Source: a virus (Duplodnaviria; Caudoviricetes). Taken from it: a DNA stretch of 61,599 nucleotides. The notes below the pieces were generated by a model. It had not been told where the DNA came from and ran no database searches. It saw only the letters and a program-made list of their open reading frames with translations. The stretch spans positions 1 to 61,599 of IMG/VR virus record IMGVR_UViG_3300006030_000002; one strand, written 5' to 3'. This document shows, piece after piece, positions 29,043 through 37,560 of the stretch. The stretch's first letter is position 1, and every line of letters starts with the position of its first letter. Made by a program: the position numbers and the translations under genes.

Positions 29043-29077
29043 GGGCGTTGTGGTGCTCCACTACCTTAAGTGCGCGG

Positions 29078-29107
29078 AAAGTAACAGAAATATATGTATA
29101 TGCGCAA
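29078..29107 (-). promoter_or_regulatory. candidate promoter of the morphogenesis arm
   Basis: Minus strand TTGCGC-18 nt-TACTTT with TG extension, ~35 nt upstream of the terS ATG. Confidence 0.4.
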
Positions 29108-29286
29108 GAGGAGGTTGAGACTCCTTACCGGGGGGTCTTCTTAGTTTTAATAGTTATAACAGTTCCAGAAAAATGAAGTGGGGGAGGGGGGTCTGAAAAG
29201 TTGTGGATTGGTTGTGCAAATTATTGTGTGTAGCCGAGCGTAGGTACCATCAAAGCAATTCTGGGGGGTGGGGATGCCACCGGGGG

Positions 29287-29372
29287 TGTCCGATTATCTC
29301 GCGTGTCCGATTATCTCGCGCCGATTATATATTATTGATTATGTGCGCCGGATTATCTCGCGCTGATTACAT
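29287..29372. repeat. GATTA(TCTCGCG) direct-repeat cluster
   Basis: Exact 17-bp tandem TGTCCGATTATCTCGCG at 29287-29303 and 29304-29320; GATTATCTCGCG at 29351-29362; three more degenerate GATTA copies. Confidence 0.85.
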
Positions 29373-29464
29373 ATAACCCATTATTAATCGCATTTAATAA
29401 ACCCACCACGCAAATGGGCCGCGCGTTATTCAATGCTTTTAATAAATTGGACGGTTACATATAC

Positions 29465-29493
29465 TTGACATGACGCTAGGGGGAGCGTATGAT
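29465..29493 (+). promoter_or_regulatory. sigma70 promoter
   Basis: TTGACA-17-TATGAT. Confidence 0.85.
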
Positions 29494-29548
29494 TGCAATT
29501 GCTGCACCGTGTTTTTATCCATTAACTTTTTATCAGGAGATTCCAGCA

Positions 29549-30325
29549 ATGAAAAAAGCCACGAAGAAGATCGACCCGAAGTTCGCCGCCGCCGTGAAGC
29601 CCCTTGTTAGCATCACGCATAAAGCCCTCGAAGCCGTCGCAGAGGGTGAAAAGCATTTGAAAGCCCTCGGAGCGAAAGTGAAAAAAGCATTTCCCGAGCG
29701 TGGATTGTTCGAAGAGGGGAAAACCGCATTTATTGAAACGTGTCTCTGGACTGCGCCCCGCTATGCTGACCATGCCGCCGCATTGAAGGTCAAAATCAGC
29801 CCCAAGGATAAGAGCGCGAAAGCCAATGCGCAGCGCGACGCGAAAGCCGCCGCCCGTTCGTGCTTCGGTATGGCATTTTTGAATATCGCTGATTATGCAT
29901 ATGGCAAAAAAGGTAGAAGCGGCGAAACACGGGGACGCAAAGCCGCCGCCGCCCATGAGAAAATCCGAAAGCACCTCGAAGCCGCGAAGAAAATCGCGCA
30001 AGAGGCAGAAGCCCCTGCCTTCGTCCCGGCAGACGTTGTGAAGGGCTTGGATGCCGTGGTCGCCATGTTGCCGAATGCAATCAAGCCCGAGACGGCGAAG
30101 CCCGGACGACGCAAGCCCCAAGCCCCCACCAAGCCCACAACGGCGAAGCCCAAGGGGCGTAGCAAGGTCGCCACGCGCCGCGCCAAGGTAGCGGGAAAAC
30201 TGCAACCGGGAACGGTAGGGCTTGGCGACGCGAAACAGACTCTTGCCGGAGTGAAGCCCCGCCGCACCAAGGCAAAGCCCTCAACCAAACGTGACGCCCG
30301 TGACATGGTGGGCGCAGTAGGCTAA
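29549..30325 (+). CDS. Lys/Ala-rich early protein with histone-like basic tail
   Basis: ATG at 29549 after AGGAG; own promoter and terminators. Confidence 0.8.
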   Translation: MKKATKKIDPKFAAAVKPLVSITHKALEAVAEGEKHLKALGAKVKKAFPERGLFEEGKTAFIETCLWTAPRYADHAAALKVKISPKDKSAKANAQRDAKAAARSCFGMAFLNIADYAYGKKGRSGETRGRKAAAAHEKIRKHLEAAKKIAQEAEAPAFVPADVVKGLDAVVAMLPNAIKPETAKPGRRKPQAPTKPTTAKPKGRSKVATRRAKVAGKLQPGTVGLGDAKQTLAGVKPRRTKAKPSTKRDARDMVGAVG

Positions 30326-30342
30326 CCCTCCCCGCTCCACGC

Positions 30343-30368
30343 AGCCCCGCTTCGGCGGGGCTTTTTTT
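30343..30368 (+). terminator. rho-independent terminator
   Basis: AGCCCCGC-TTCG-GCGGGGCT plus T-tract. Confidence 0.9.
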
Positions 30369-30369
30369 C

Positions 30370-30413
30370 GCCCCGAGTTTATTAAGCGGTTTTAATAGAC
30401 TCGGGGCTTTTTT
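30370..30413 (+). terminator. second tandem terminator containing the 20-bp palindrome
   Basis: GCCCCGAGTTTATTAA...TTAATAGACTCGGGGC plus T6. Confidence 0.8.
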
Positions 30414-30490
30414 GAGCACTACTGTCACGATGAAGATGATGCAGCAGCAGCAGCACGACGCGCGGAGAGGGCACGAGCGGCTCACCGACT

Positions 30491-30795
30491 TTGTTCCGCT
30501 TTGTTCCTTTTGTTCCATTATCCGGAACACGCAAAAACGCGTGCAAGTCCTTGTTCTTGTTCATGTTCTTCTTAATTTATTTAGTTTGTTCCTTTGTTCC
30601 TTTAATATACGACGGGCTACGATTTCCCTTTACATTGTCCAAAAAAACGTGTTTATACGTGTTGGAGGGAGGCTTGCGGCAACCGACGTATACCGCGTTT
30701 TTCACCGGTACAAGACAACGAAGCGCCTAAACTATTGATTTCAATCATGTTCCCGTGTATTCTCGTTTTGCAACAAAGGAACAAACTATGGAACA
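30491..30795. repeat. TGTTC(C)/GGAACA iteron-like cluster, candidate replication origin
   Basis: About 12 copies in both orientations around an AT-rich patch in a gene-free interval. Confidence 0.6.
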
Positions 30796-30903
30796 TATAA
30801 CTATGCTAGAAAGGAGACGCTGATAATGTGAGCCACGTGAGCCAGTAGAACAGCCACACCAAAACAAGTTTTTATTAAACGCATTTAATCAATGGAGAAA
30901 GCC

Positions 30904-31212
30904 ATGAGCAACGACAAGCCCATCACCCTCGGAGAACTTCACCGCCTGAAAGGCAACCCCCTGCGCACCCCCGTTGCGCATCCCCCTTGCACCCCCACGC
31001 GCATCCCCCCGTACAACACGGGCAAGGTCAAGATCGGCATCTACTACGTGCCGCCGCAACGGGATCTGAACACCGAGGAAACCGACCATTGGCAGAACGT
31101 GTATTTGGGTGACTACAAGCGAAGCAAGCGAGCCGAGATCGGGTTGCGCCTGTACGTGATCGTGCTCGTTGTCGGGTTCGCCATTGGGTACTGGTTCCTG
31201 CGTGGCGTGTGA
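30904..31212 (+). CDS. hypothetical protein with C-terminal TM
   Basis: ATG at 30904 after GGAG; PYNTGKVKIGIYYVPP. Confidence 0.7.
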   Translation: MSNDKPITLGELHRLKGNPLRTPVAHPPCTPTRIPPYNTGKVKIGIYYVPPQRDLNTEETDHWQNVYLGDYKRSKRAEIGLRLYVIVLVVGFAIGYWFLRGV

Positions 31213-31236
31213 GACGGGTATGACAAGTTGAATAGT

Positions 31237-31265
31237 TTGACTTTCTAGTAGCGTTGTGGTATCAT
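31237..31265 (+). promoter_or_regulatory. sigma70 promoter
   Basis: TTGACT-17-TATCAT with extended TG. Confidence 0.75.
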
Positions 31266-31327
31266 ATGGGTGTAGTCGATGAAGCGTTTGGAGTTTTTAT
31301 TAAACGTGTTTAATGAAAGGGAGAGCC

Positions 31328-31591
31328 ATGCATTGGAACCATAGGGTCGTGAAGGTTGAAGAAGATTGCTACGTGTTCGCTGAAGTGTTTTACAACGACG
31401 AAACCAAGAAGCCCTACACGTGGACGGATGCGTTCCTCACGGGTGAAACGGTTGCTGATTTGAAAGAGTTGGTGGGTAGGCTGAACGAAGCGCTGAATGC
31501 GCCCGTACTGGATGAGAGCGAAATGACCGACAAGTCCAAGCCGAACCCGGAGATTGAAAGGCTGTTGCAGCAGATGGGGGACGACGCATGA
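31328..31591 (+). CDS. hypothetical protein
   Basis: ATG at 31328 after GGGAG; MHWNHRVVK. Confidence 0.75.
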   Translation: MHWNHRVVKVEEDCYVFAEVFYNDETKKPYTWTDAFLTGETVADLKELVGRLNEALNAPVLDESEMTDKSKPNPEIERLLQQMGDDA

Positions 31592-31806
31592 TGTACGAGC
31601 GAAACGGCAAGCGGTACGAAGTGGGTGATCGGATCTCGGTGCGGGAAGGTACGCGTGTGAAGTGGTATGAGATTGCCGACTTCAAGTTGAACGGCTCAAT
31701 ACTGGTGAAGTATTGGGAGAACGACGGCCCACCACGGTACGAACGTGCCGTGTTTCGGGTGGTGCAGCCTGACACGTTGGGGCTGACACCAATTAAAAGC
31801 GTTTAA
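31588..31806 (+). CDS. hypothetical protein
   Basis: 72 aa; ATGA overlap with upstream gene. Confidence 0.65.
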   Translation: MMYERNGKRYEVGDRISVREGTRVKWYEIADFKLNGSILVKYWENDGPPRYERAVFRVVQPDTLGLTPIKSV

Positions 31807-32043
31807 TAAATAGGACGACCCCAAATCAGCGATTTCACACGGAAACACGGGCAAACATGTTTACACAAGCCTCGTTCCAAAAAGTCCAAACCACACACGA
31901 AAACAATTTTGGACTTTTACCCTCGGAGAACACCACGGAAACCAAATGGAGGGCATCACAGAAATCAAACGAAGCACAAGCAGCAAACATCTTTCCACAA
32001 ACGACAACGGTATTTGCTAGCAAATACCCATAGGGAGATCACC

Positions 32044-32457
32044 ATGCAGACGTTCCTGCCATACCCTGACTTCACCCAAACTGCAAAAGCCCTTGATTAC
32101 CGACGGCTCGGTAAGCAACGGGTGGAAACCAAGCAACTGATACTTGCCCTGACACAACCCAAGTATGGGTGGAAGAACCATCCCGCTGCGAAGATGTGGG
32201 CAGGATACGTGCCGCTGCTTGCCGAGTACGGGCGCGTGATGTGTGAGGAGTGGCGCAGCCGTGGGTACAACGACTCGTTGTTGCCGTTCTTTTGTGGGTT
32301 TGATGAAGTGCGTGTGGCACAGGATGTACCTGCTTGGTTAGGGCTTGATTCTTTTCATGCCTCACACCGTAGCAACCTGTTGCGGAAGGACTTTGACTTT
32401 TATTCTCGGTTCGGTTGGAGCGAAGCGCCTGACCTGCCGTATGTGTGGCCTGTGTAA
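32044..32457 (+). CDS. pyrimidine-dimer DNA glycosylase/endonuclease V-like protein (MSMEG_6728 family)
   Basis: MQTFLPYPDF...LDYRRLGKQRVE...GWKNHPAAKMW...HASHRSNLLRK...LPYVWP. Confidence 0.8.
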   Translation: MQTFLPYPDFTQTAKALDYRRLGKQRVETKQLILALTQPKYGWKNHPAAKMWAGYVPLLAEYGRVMCEEWRSRGYNDSLLPFFCGFDEVRVAQDVPAWLGLDSFHASHRSNLLRKDFDFYSRFGWSEAPDLPYVWPV

Positions 32458-32486
32458 TTAAACCCGTTTAATAAATGGAGAGTGCG

Positions 32487-32693
32487 ATGAAAATTAATGG
32501 TTTTTCTGTTGTTGAGTGTCCGACTGCGGGTGATGGTGGCGTATCGCTGCGCCCGTTGAAGAAGAATGGAAATACGAAAGACCCCGAGATAACCGTCGTG
32601 ATTGACGGCGGGTACGTGGAGATTGGGTTGCACGTGGACGGAAGTGATGAACCCATGTGCGTGTTTAGGTCAGCAATCAGGGGGAGGTTGTGA
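32487..32693 (+). CDS. hypothetical protein
   Basis: ATG at 32487 after GGAGAGTG. Confidence 0.6.
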   Translation: MKINGFSVVECPTAGDGGVSLRPLKKNGNTKDPEITVVIDGGYVEIGLHVDGSDEPMCVFRSAIRGRL

Positions 32694-32863
32694 TGAAAAC
32701 GATGCGGGAAAAGGAGTTGGAGGATGCGTTGCGTGTTGCGATTGCCGTGATCCGGCACGGGAAACTGCACGAGGAGTTTAGTGGTGACAAGGAGTTCAAG
32801 GCGCGTAGGGGTTTCCCCCAAATCGTGGAGCATTTGCAGAACGTGTTGAAGCGAGTTGTGTAA
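32693..32863 (+). CDS. hypothetical protein (56 aa, below ORF-track cutoff)
   Basis: GGAGG RBS; TGATG coupling; MKTMREKELEDALRV...LKRVV. Confidence 0.65.
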   Translation: MKTMREKELEDALRVAIAVIRHGKLHEEFSGDKEFKARRGFPQIVEHLQNVLKRVV

Positions 32864-32892
32864 TTAAACCCGTTTAATAAAAGGAGAGTGTG

Positions 32893-33831
32893 ATGAGCCT
32901 GATCAAACCGATGCATTACTACGAGCGCATGGCGAAGCAATGGGAGATCACGAAGCCCATACGTGGGCGTGGTGTGGACACGCGCCCCATCGGTAAGCGT
33001 AGCCGTGACTGGGAGTTGATCGTGCGCATGTTGGGAGCCGACGGCATCGTGACGTACGGTGCGAAACTTTATAACACCGTGTGCGTGGAGTATTTCCCCG
33101 ACAGTTCATTCATCGTGCGGCATGATGACTGGGCTACGGCAAAGACCGCCGAGTTCATATCTGCCACGAGTCCATTCAGGTGCCGCAAGGTGCATAACTT
33201 TTTGTGGATGTTCGCCCATGACGGCGACGGGGTGAAGGCAATACCCGTAACCAAGGACGGCATAAAGTTCATGCACGATGGGACAACGTGGCGGTGCGTC
33301 AACATGCCCAGTATGAAGCGTAGGAAAGTCGGCTCCTACAAGGCGAAGCAAGCGCGTAAGCCACTCGCACCGTTCCTGAAGTTCGCTAAAACATTCTTGC
33401 GCATGAGCGATGGGTGGGTGATGCACGAGACATGCAAGCATGTGTTGGGTTGGAAACACGACAATCACGGGTACGGTGAGAGCATTCGCTCGGATGAAGA
33501 GCGCGTATACAAGATGCTCACCGACTCCACCGACCCGCTGATGACATTGCCCGAGGACGAGCGACACTTGTTCATGCTGTGCCTGATGTCGAGAATGAGT
33601 TGGTTCAATGACTCATACGATAACAAGCGCAGGGTTGCCGAACGGTTTGAATATGTCGAGAACTACAACGGGACTTCGTGGCCGCGTGTATCGGAATTCT
33701 ACGATGTGCGCGTGGAGTACGAACGTCTCAAGCACGTGCTGTATCGGTGGGTCAATCGGTTTGAGGATGTTCACGTGTACGTTGATGCGGAGATTGGCAG
33801 CAAGCCGATCTTGAATGCTTGCATTGCCTAG
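32893..33831 (+). CDS. hypothetical protein
   Basis: 312 aa; AAGGAGAGTG RBS. Confidence 0.8.
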   Translation: MSLIKPMHYYERMAKQWEITKPIRGRGVDTRPIGKRSRDWELIVRMLGADGIVTYGAKLYNTVCVEYFPDSSFIVRHDDWATAKTAEFISATSPFRCRKVHNFLWMFAHDGDGVKAIPVTKDGIKFMHDGTTWRCVNMPSMKRRKVGSYKAKQARKPLAPFLKFAKTFLRMSDGWVMHETCKHVLGWKHDNHGYGESIRSDEERVYKMLTDSTDPLMTLPEDERHLFMLCLMSRMSWFNDSYDNKRRVAERFEYVENYNGTSWPRVSEFYDVRVEYERLKHVLYRWVNRFEDVHVYVDAEIGSKPILNACIA

Positions 33832-33847
33832 TGCGTTGTGTTACAAT
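33819..33847 (+). promoter_or_regulatory. sigma70 promoter
   Basis: TTGCAT-17-TACAAT with extended TG. Confidence 0.7.
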
Positions 33848-33913
33848 GTAACTTGTTGGTAGGTGTTGTCTTTGTTCGTTTCTATTAAACCTGTTTAATA
33901 AAAGGAGAGTGCA

Positions 33914-34987
33914 ATGGCTGTTCTTAACTTTGGTCACAGCGTTTCCCTCAACGAGTTTGCCCATGCAATTCAAACCGTGGGTACTCAAGTAACCATCATC
34001 GGGCAAGGTGAGATGGGCATCGGTAAATCTACCGTGCTGAAGATTCTCGCCAAGCGTATGCCCGAGTATGAAACTGCGTATATTGATTGCACCCTGCTCG
34101 ACTTGGGTGACTTCGCGCTGCCGTATGTGGTCGAGGAGAACGGAGTCAAGGTCACGCACTTTGCACCCAACGCACGGTTCAAGTTCCATACCGGCAAGCC
34201 CGTGCTCATTATGTTGGACGAGATCGGCAAGGCGATGAAGGCAGTCAAGAATGTGCTGTTGACTCTCATACTGGAGAAGCGCATCGGGGATCATTACTTG
34301 CCCAAGGGTTCGATTGTGTTTGCCACTACTAACCTTGCAGCCGAGGGACTGGGCGACATGTTGGAGGCGCATGCCCGGAACCGTGCGGTAGTGGTGAAGA
34401 TTCGCAAGTCTGACGTTGATGAATGGATCGAGTGGGCTATCGGTAATGGGATTGCGCCCGAGATCATTGCGTGGGTTAAGCAGTTCCCGCAATCGCTTGC
34501 GTCATTTACTGACTCGTCGCAGAAGGACAACCCATACATTCCGAATCCCACCCGTGCGGGTGATGGTGCAGTGGTCACGCCCCGGTCATTGGAGAAGGCA
34601 AGTCACATTGCTAAACAAAGAGCCACGCTTGGCGATGCGCTGACCATCTCCCTGCTGACTGGCACTATTGGTGAGAGCGCAGCCCGAGACATGCAAGCAT
34701 TCTTCACCGTGGTGGACAAGTTGCCCACGTGGGAGCAGATTACCAAGACACCCGACACGGCTAAACTTCCTGACGATGCGGTGGCACGGTGCATCCTTGT
34801 GTTCAGCGCGATCACTCGGGTTGAGAAGGAGACGCTCGGCAAGTGGATGGACTATCTCAAGCGCATGGACAAGGAGTGGCAAGCCCTGTTCGCCACTAGC
34901 GTGATGAAGTCCACGCTGAAACAGCCGTTCTGTATCAGCAACAAGGAGTTCAAGGACTGGGCGATTGCTAACCAATGGTTGTTTTAA
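33914..34987 (+). CDS. MoxR/dynein-related AAA+ ATPase
   Basis: GEMGIGKS (Walker A), IMLDE (Walker B), ATTN sensor, TPRS. Confidence 0.85.
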   Translation: MAVLNFGHSVSLNEFAHAIQTVGTQVTIIGQGEMGIGKSTVLKILAKRMPEYETAYIDCTLLDLGDFALPYVVEENGVKVTHFAPNARFKFHTGKPVLIMLDEIGKAMKAVKNVLLTLILEKRIGDHYLPKGSIVFATTNLAAEGLGDMLEAHARNRAVVVKIRKSDVDEWIEWAIGNGIAPEIIAWVKQFPQSLASFTDSSQKDNPYIPNPTRAGDGAVVTPRSLEKASHIAKQRATLGDALTISLLTGTIGESAARDMQAFFTVVDKLPTWEQITKTPDTAKLPDDAVARCILVFSAITRVEKETLGKWMDYLKRMDKEWQALFATSVMKSTLKQPFCISNKEFKDWAIANQWLF

Positions 34988-34999
34988 TAGGAGAGTGAC

Positions 35000-35215
35000 A
35001 TGTACGTACCAATGCTTAACCTGAAGGGGAGCAAGACGAAGTACAGGAAGTACGTGCGTAGGGGTATCCGTATGCGTGAGCCGAAGTTCAAGGAGTTGCG
35101 CGAGTCGATGTCGGATCGTCAGGCACGTAACGCACGGGAGTACAAGTATGTGTGCCATCAAGTGATGGTGTGGCCCCCGTTCGGTAGCGCGTGGCGAAAC
35201 GAATGGAGCATGTAA
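35000..35215 (+). CDS. hypothetical basic protein
   Basis: 71 aa; GGAGAGTGAC RBS. Confidence 0.6.
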   Translation: MYVPMLNLKGSKTKYRKYVRRGIRMREPKFKELRESMSDRQARNAREYKYVCHQVMVWPPFGSAWRNEWSM

Positions 35216-35243
35216 TTAAACATGTTTAATAAAGGAGAGTGAC

Positions 35244-36485
35244 ATGGGTAAGTTGACTGTTGAGCAGATGGTTCAGAAGGAGCACGTGTGGCTGATGAAG
35301 AACCCGAAGTATTGCCTGTACTCGGGGATCATCATGGTTGGCAAGACCGAAGTGTGTGATGACGTTCCGACTGCGTGTACCAACGGGCGCGACACGTTCT
35401 ATGGGCGCAAGTTCATGAGCAAGTTGTCGGTGAAGGAAGCCCGTGCCGTGATCTTGCATGAGAATCTGCACAAGGCGTTCCGGCATACAACTTTGTGGAA
35501 GCATCTATACAAGGACTGGCCCATGTTGGCGAACATGGCATGCGACTACGTGATCAACATCCTGATCCACGACTCTGACCCGCAAGGTTTGGAGGTGAAG
35601 TTGCCTGACTGTGCGCTGCTCGACTTTGATTACCGTGGGCTCGATGCGGGTGAGGTGTTTCGTAGGTTGAAGAAGCAAGCCGAGGGTATCGGCCCGAGCG
35701 GTGCGGGTGGGTCGGGGTCGATCCGCGTCAAGACTGTGGGGGATCAGGTCGGCAAGGACATTCCAGTTGTCAAGGGTGACAGCGTTGGTGATGGGTTCGA
35801 CGAGCACGACTGGGAAGGCGCGGAGGAGATGACGCAGGAAGAGAAGGAGACGCTTGCGAAGGACATCGATCAGGCGCTGCGTCAGGGTGCGATCCTCGCA
35901 GGAAAGATGTCTGCCGATGTGCCACGTGAGATCGGTGAGTTGACCGAGGCGAAGGTGGACTGGCGCGAGGCGCTGCGTGAGTTCGTGACTTCCTTCTGTC
36001 AGGAGCGCGATACGAGCACGTGGCGCAGACCATCCCGTAGGTGGATCGGACAAGATGTTTACATGCCGAGCAGCATCGGTGAGTCAGTTGGTCGCATGAC
36101 GGTGGCTATCGATATGTCCGGGTCTATCGGGCAGGAGGAGATCGGTGCGTTCCTGTCCGAGTTGCGTGAGATCTGCAAGACGGTGACGCCGGAGGGTATC
36201 GACCTGCTGTATTGGGATACGCAAGTGTGTCAGCACGAGAAGTACGAGCGTGACCAGTTGGAGAACCTGTTGAGCACGACAAAGCCGCGAGGCGGTGGCG
36301 GGACTGCGCCGCAATGCATCGTGAACTACATGAAGGCGAAGCGACTCAAGCCCGAGTGTGCGGTGATCCTGACCGACGGGTATGTGGGTGATGACTGGGG
36401 TAAGGGGTGGGAGTGTCCGACGTTGTGGGGTATCACGACGAAGGGTATCTCGTCGAGTGTTGGCAAGACGGTGCATGTGTCGTGA
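35244..36485 (+). CDS. DUF2201-type metallopeptidase-VWA protein
   Basis: TACTNG, HENLH (HExxH), MIDAS residues DMSGS...GGGT...LTDG. Confidence 0.85.
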   Translation: MGKLTVEQMVQKEHVWLMKNPKYCLYSGIIMVGKTEVCDDVPTACTNGRDTFYGRKFMSKLSVKEARAVILHENLHKAFRHTTLWKHLYKDWPMLANMACDYVINILIHDSDPQGLEVKLPDCALLDFDYRGLDAGEVFRRLKKQAEGIGPSGAGGSGSIRVKTVGDQVGKDIPVVKGDSVGDGFDEHDWEGAEEMTQEEKETLAKDIDQALRQGAILAGKMSADVPREIGELTEAKVDWREALREFVTSFCQERDTSTWRRPSRRWIGQDVYMPSSIGESVGRMTVAIDMSGSIGQEEIGAFLSELREICKTVTPEGIDLLYWDTQVCQHEKYERDQLENLLSTTKPRGGGGTAPQCIVNYMKAKRLKPECAVILTDGYVGDDWGKGWECPTLWGITTKGISSSVGKTVHVS

Positions 36486-36670
36486 AGCATGCGTGGGGTA
36501 TTTGTCAGGTGGGTGACTTTTTCATGCCTGCTCGGGCTTTCAATTGGAGTGGGATGAGTGAGTGGAGTTATATGCAGGAGTACGGCACCATGAGTTACGA
36601 AGAAGCACACGCAATTTCAAAACTACTTAACGCAACCAACCAAGGAGAGTGCAATCATGATTCAGAATAG
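36482..36670 (+). CDS. hypothetical protein
   Basis: GTGA overlap with the VWA gene stop; fills the gap. Confidence 0.45.
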   Translation: MKHAWGICQVGDFFMPARAFNWSGMSEWSYMQEYGTMSYEEAHAISKLLNATNQGECNHDSE

Positions 36671-37523
36671 TTCTGTATTGGTCGATGTGAACGTGTCGGT
36701 GTGGACGGGTCGCAAGATGGACAAGAAGGTGTCCGACGAGATCGACGCCGCGAAGAACACCAAGGTACGTGGCGGTAACTACCACAAGCATCTGCTTGCC
36801 GGTGCGTTGCAGTTGGAGAACATTCAGAAGTTGGTGGGTGGTGTGCGCATGTGGCACTACAATCAGACGTTGCCGTGGGCTGATAGCGGTGCGCGTCTGT
36901 TACCCATGAAAAACTTCTTTGACTACAAGGCCATGCTCGGTAACTTTGAGAAGCAGTTCGATGACCTTGTGCAGAAGTTTCTTGCTGACTACCCGACGCT
37001 TGTCTCTGCGGCTGCGTTCCAGTTGGGTGACTTGTTCGATGCGGGTGAGTACCCTGATGTGGAGAAGTTGCGTGACAAGTTTCGGTTCCGCTACGTGTTC
37101 ATGCCCGTGCCCGAGGTGGGTGACTTCCGCGTAGATGTGAGCGAGGCAAGCAAGAAGGAGTTGCAATCACAGTACGAGAAGTTTTACGAAGAGCGCTTGG
37201 CTTCCGCCACGAAAGACGCATGGGACAGGCTGCATGAGTGCGTCAAGCATATGAGCGAGAAGTTGGCTGACGCAGAAGTTCCACGTGAAACGAAGTATGG
37301 GGCGAATCACACGAAGATTTTCCGCGATTCCCTCATCGACAACGCCAACGAGTTGTGTGCGCTGCTGACCAAACTTAACGTGGCTAACGATCCCAAGTTG
37401 GAGCAAGCCCGTCAGGAGTTGGAGCGCACCATCAACGGCAAGTCTGCGGATGCGCTGCGTAACAGCGATGATCTGCGCCGTGACACCAAGGCCAAGGTGG
37501 ACAAGATCTTGGAAATGTTTTGA
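36657..37523 (+). CDS. DUF3150-like protein
   Basis: LVDVNVSVWTGRKMDK...TLPW...RLLP pattern; usual partner of AAA-VWA pairs. Confidence 0.6.
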   Translation: MIQNSSVLVDVNVSVWTGRKMDKKVSDEIDAAKNTKVRGGNYHKHLLAGALQLENIQKLVGGVRMWHYNQTLPWADSGARLLPMKNFFDYKAMLGNFEKQFDDLVQKFLADYPTLVSAAAFQLGDLFDAGEYPDVEKLRDKFRFRYVFMPVPEVGDFRVDVSEASKKELQSQYEKFYEERLASATKDAWDRLHECVKHMSEKLADAEVPRETKYGANHTKIFRDSLIDNANELCALLTKLNVANDPKLEQARQELERTINGKSADALRNSDDLRRDTKAKVDKILEMF

Positions 37524-37560
37524 GAGTTATTAAACCCTTTTAATAAATTGGGAGAGTGAC

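Noticed and set aside
30412-30738. ORFs in the iteron region
   Set aside because: Low-complexity translations of repeats directly after two terminators, with no RBS
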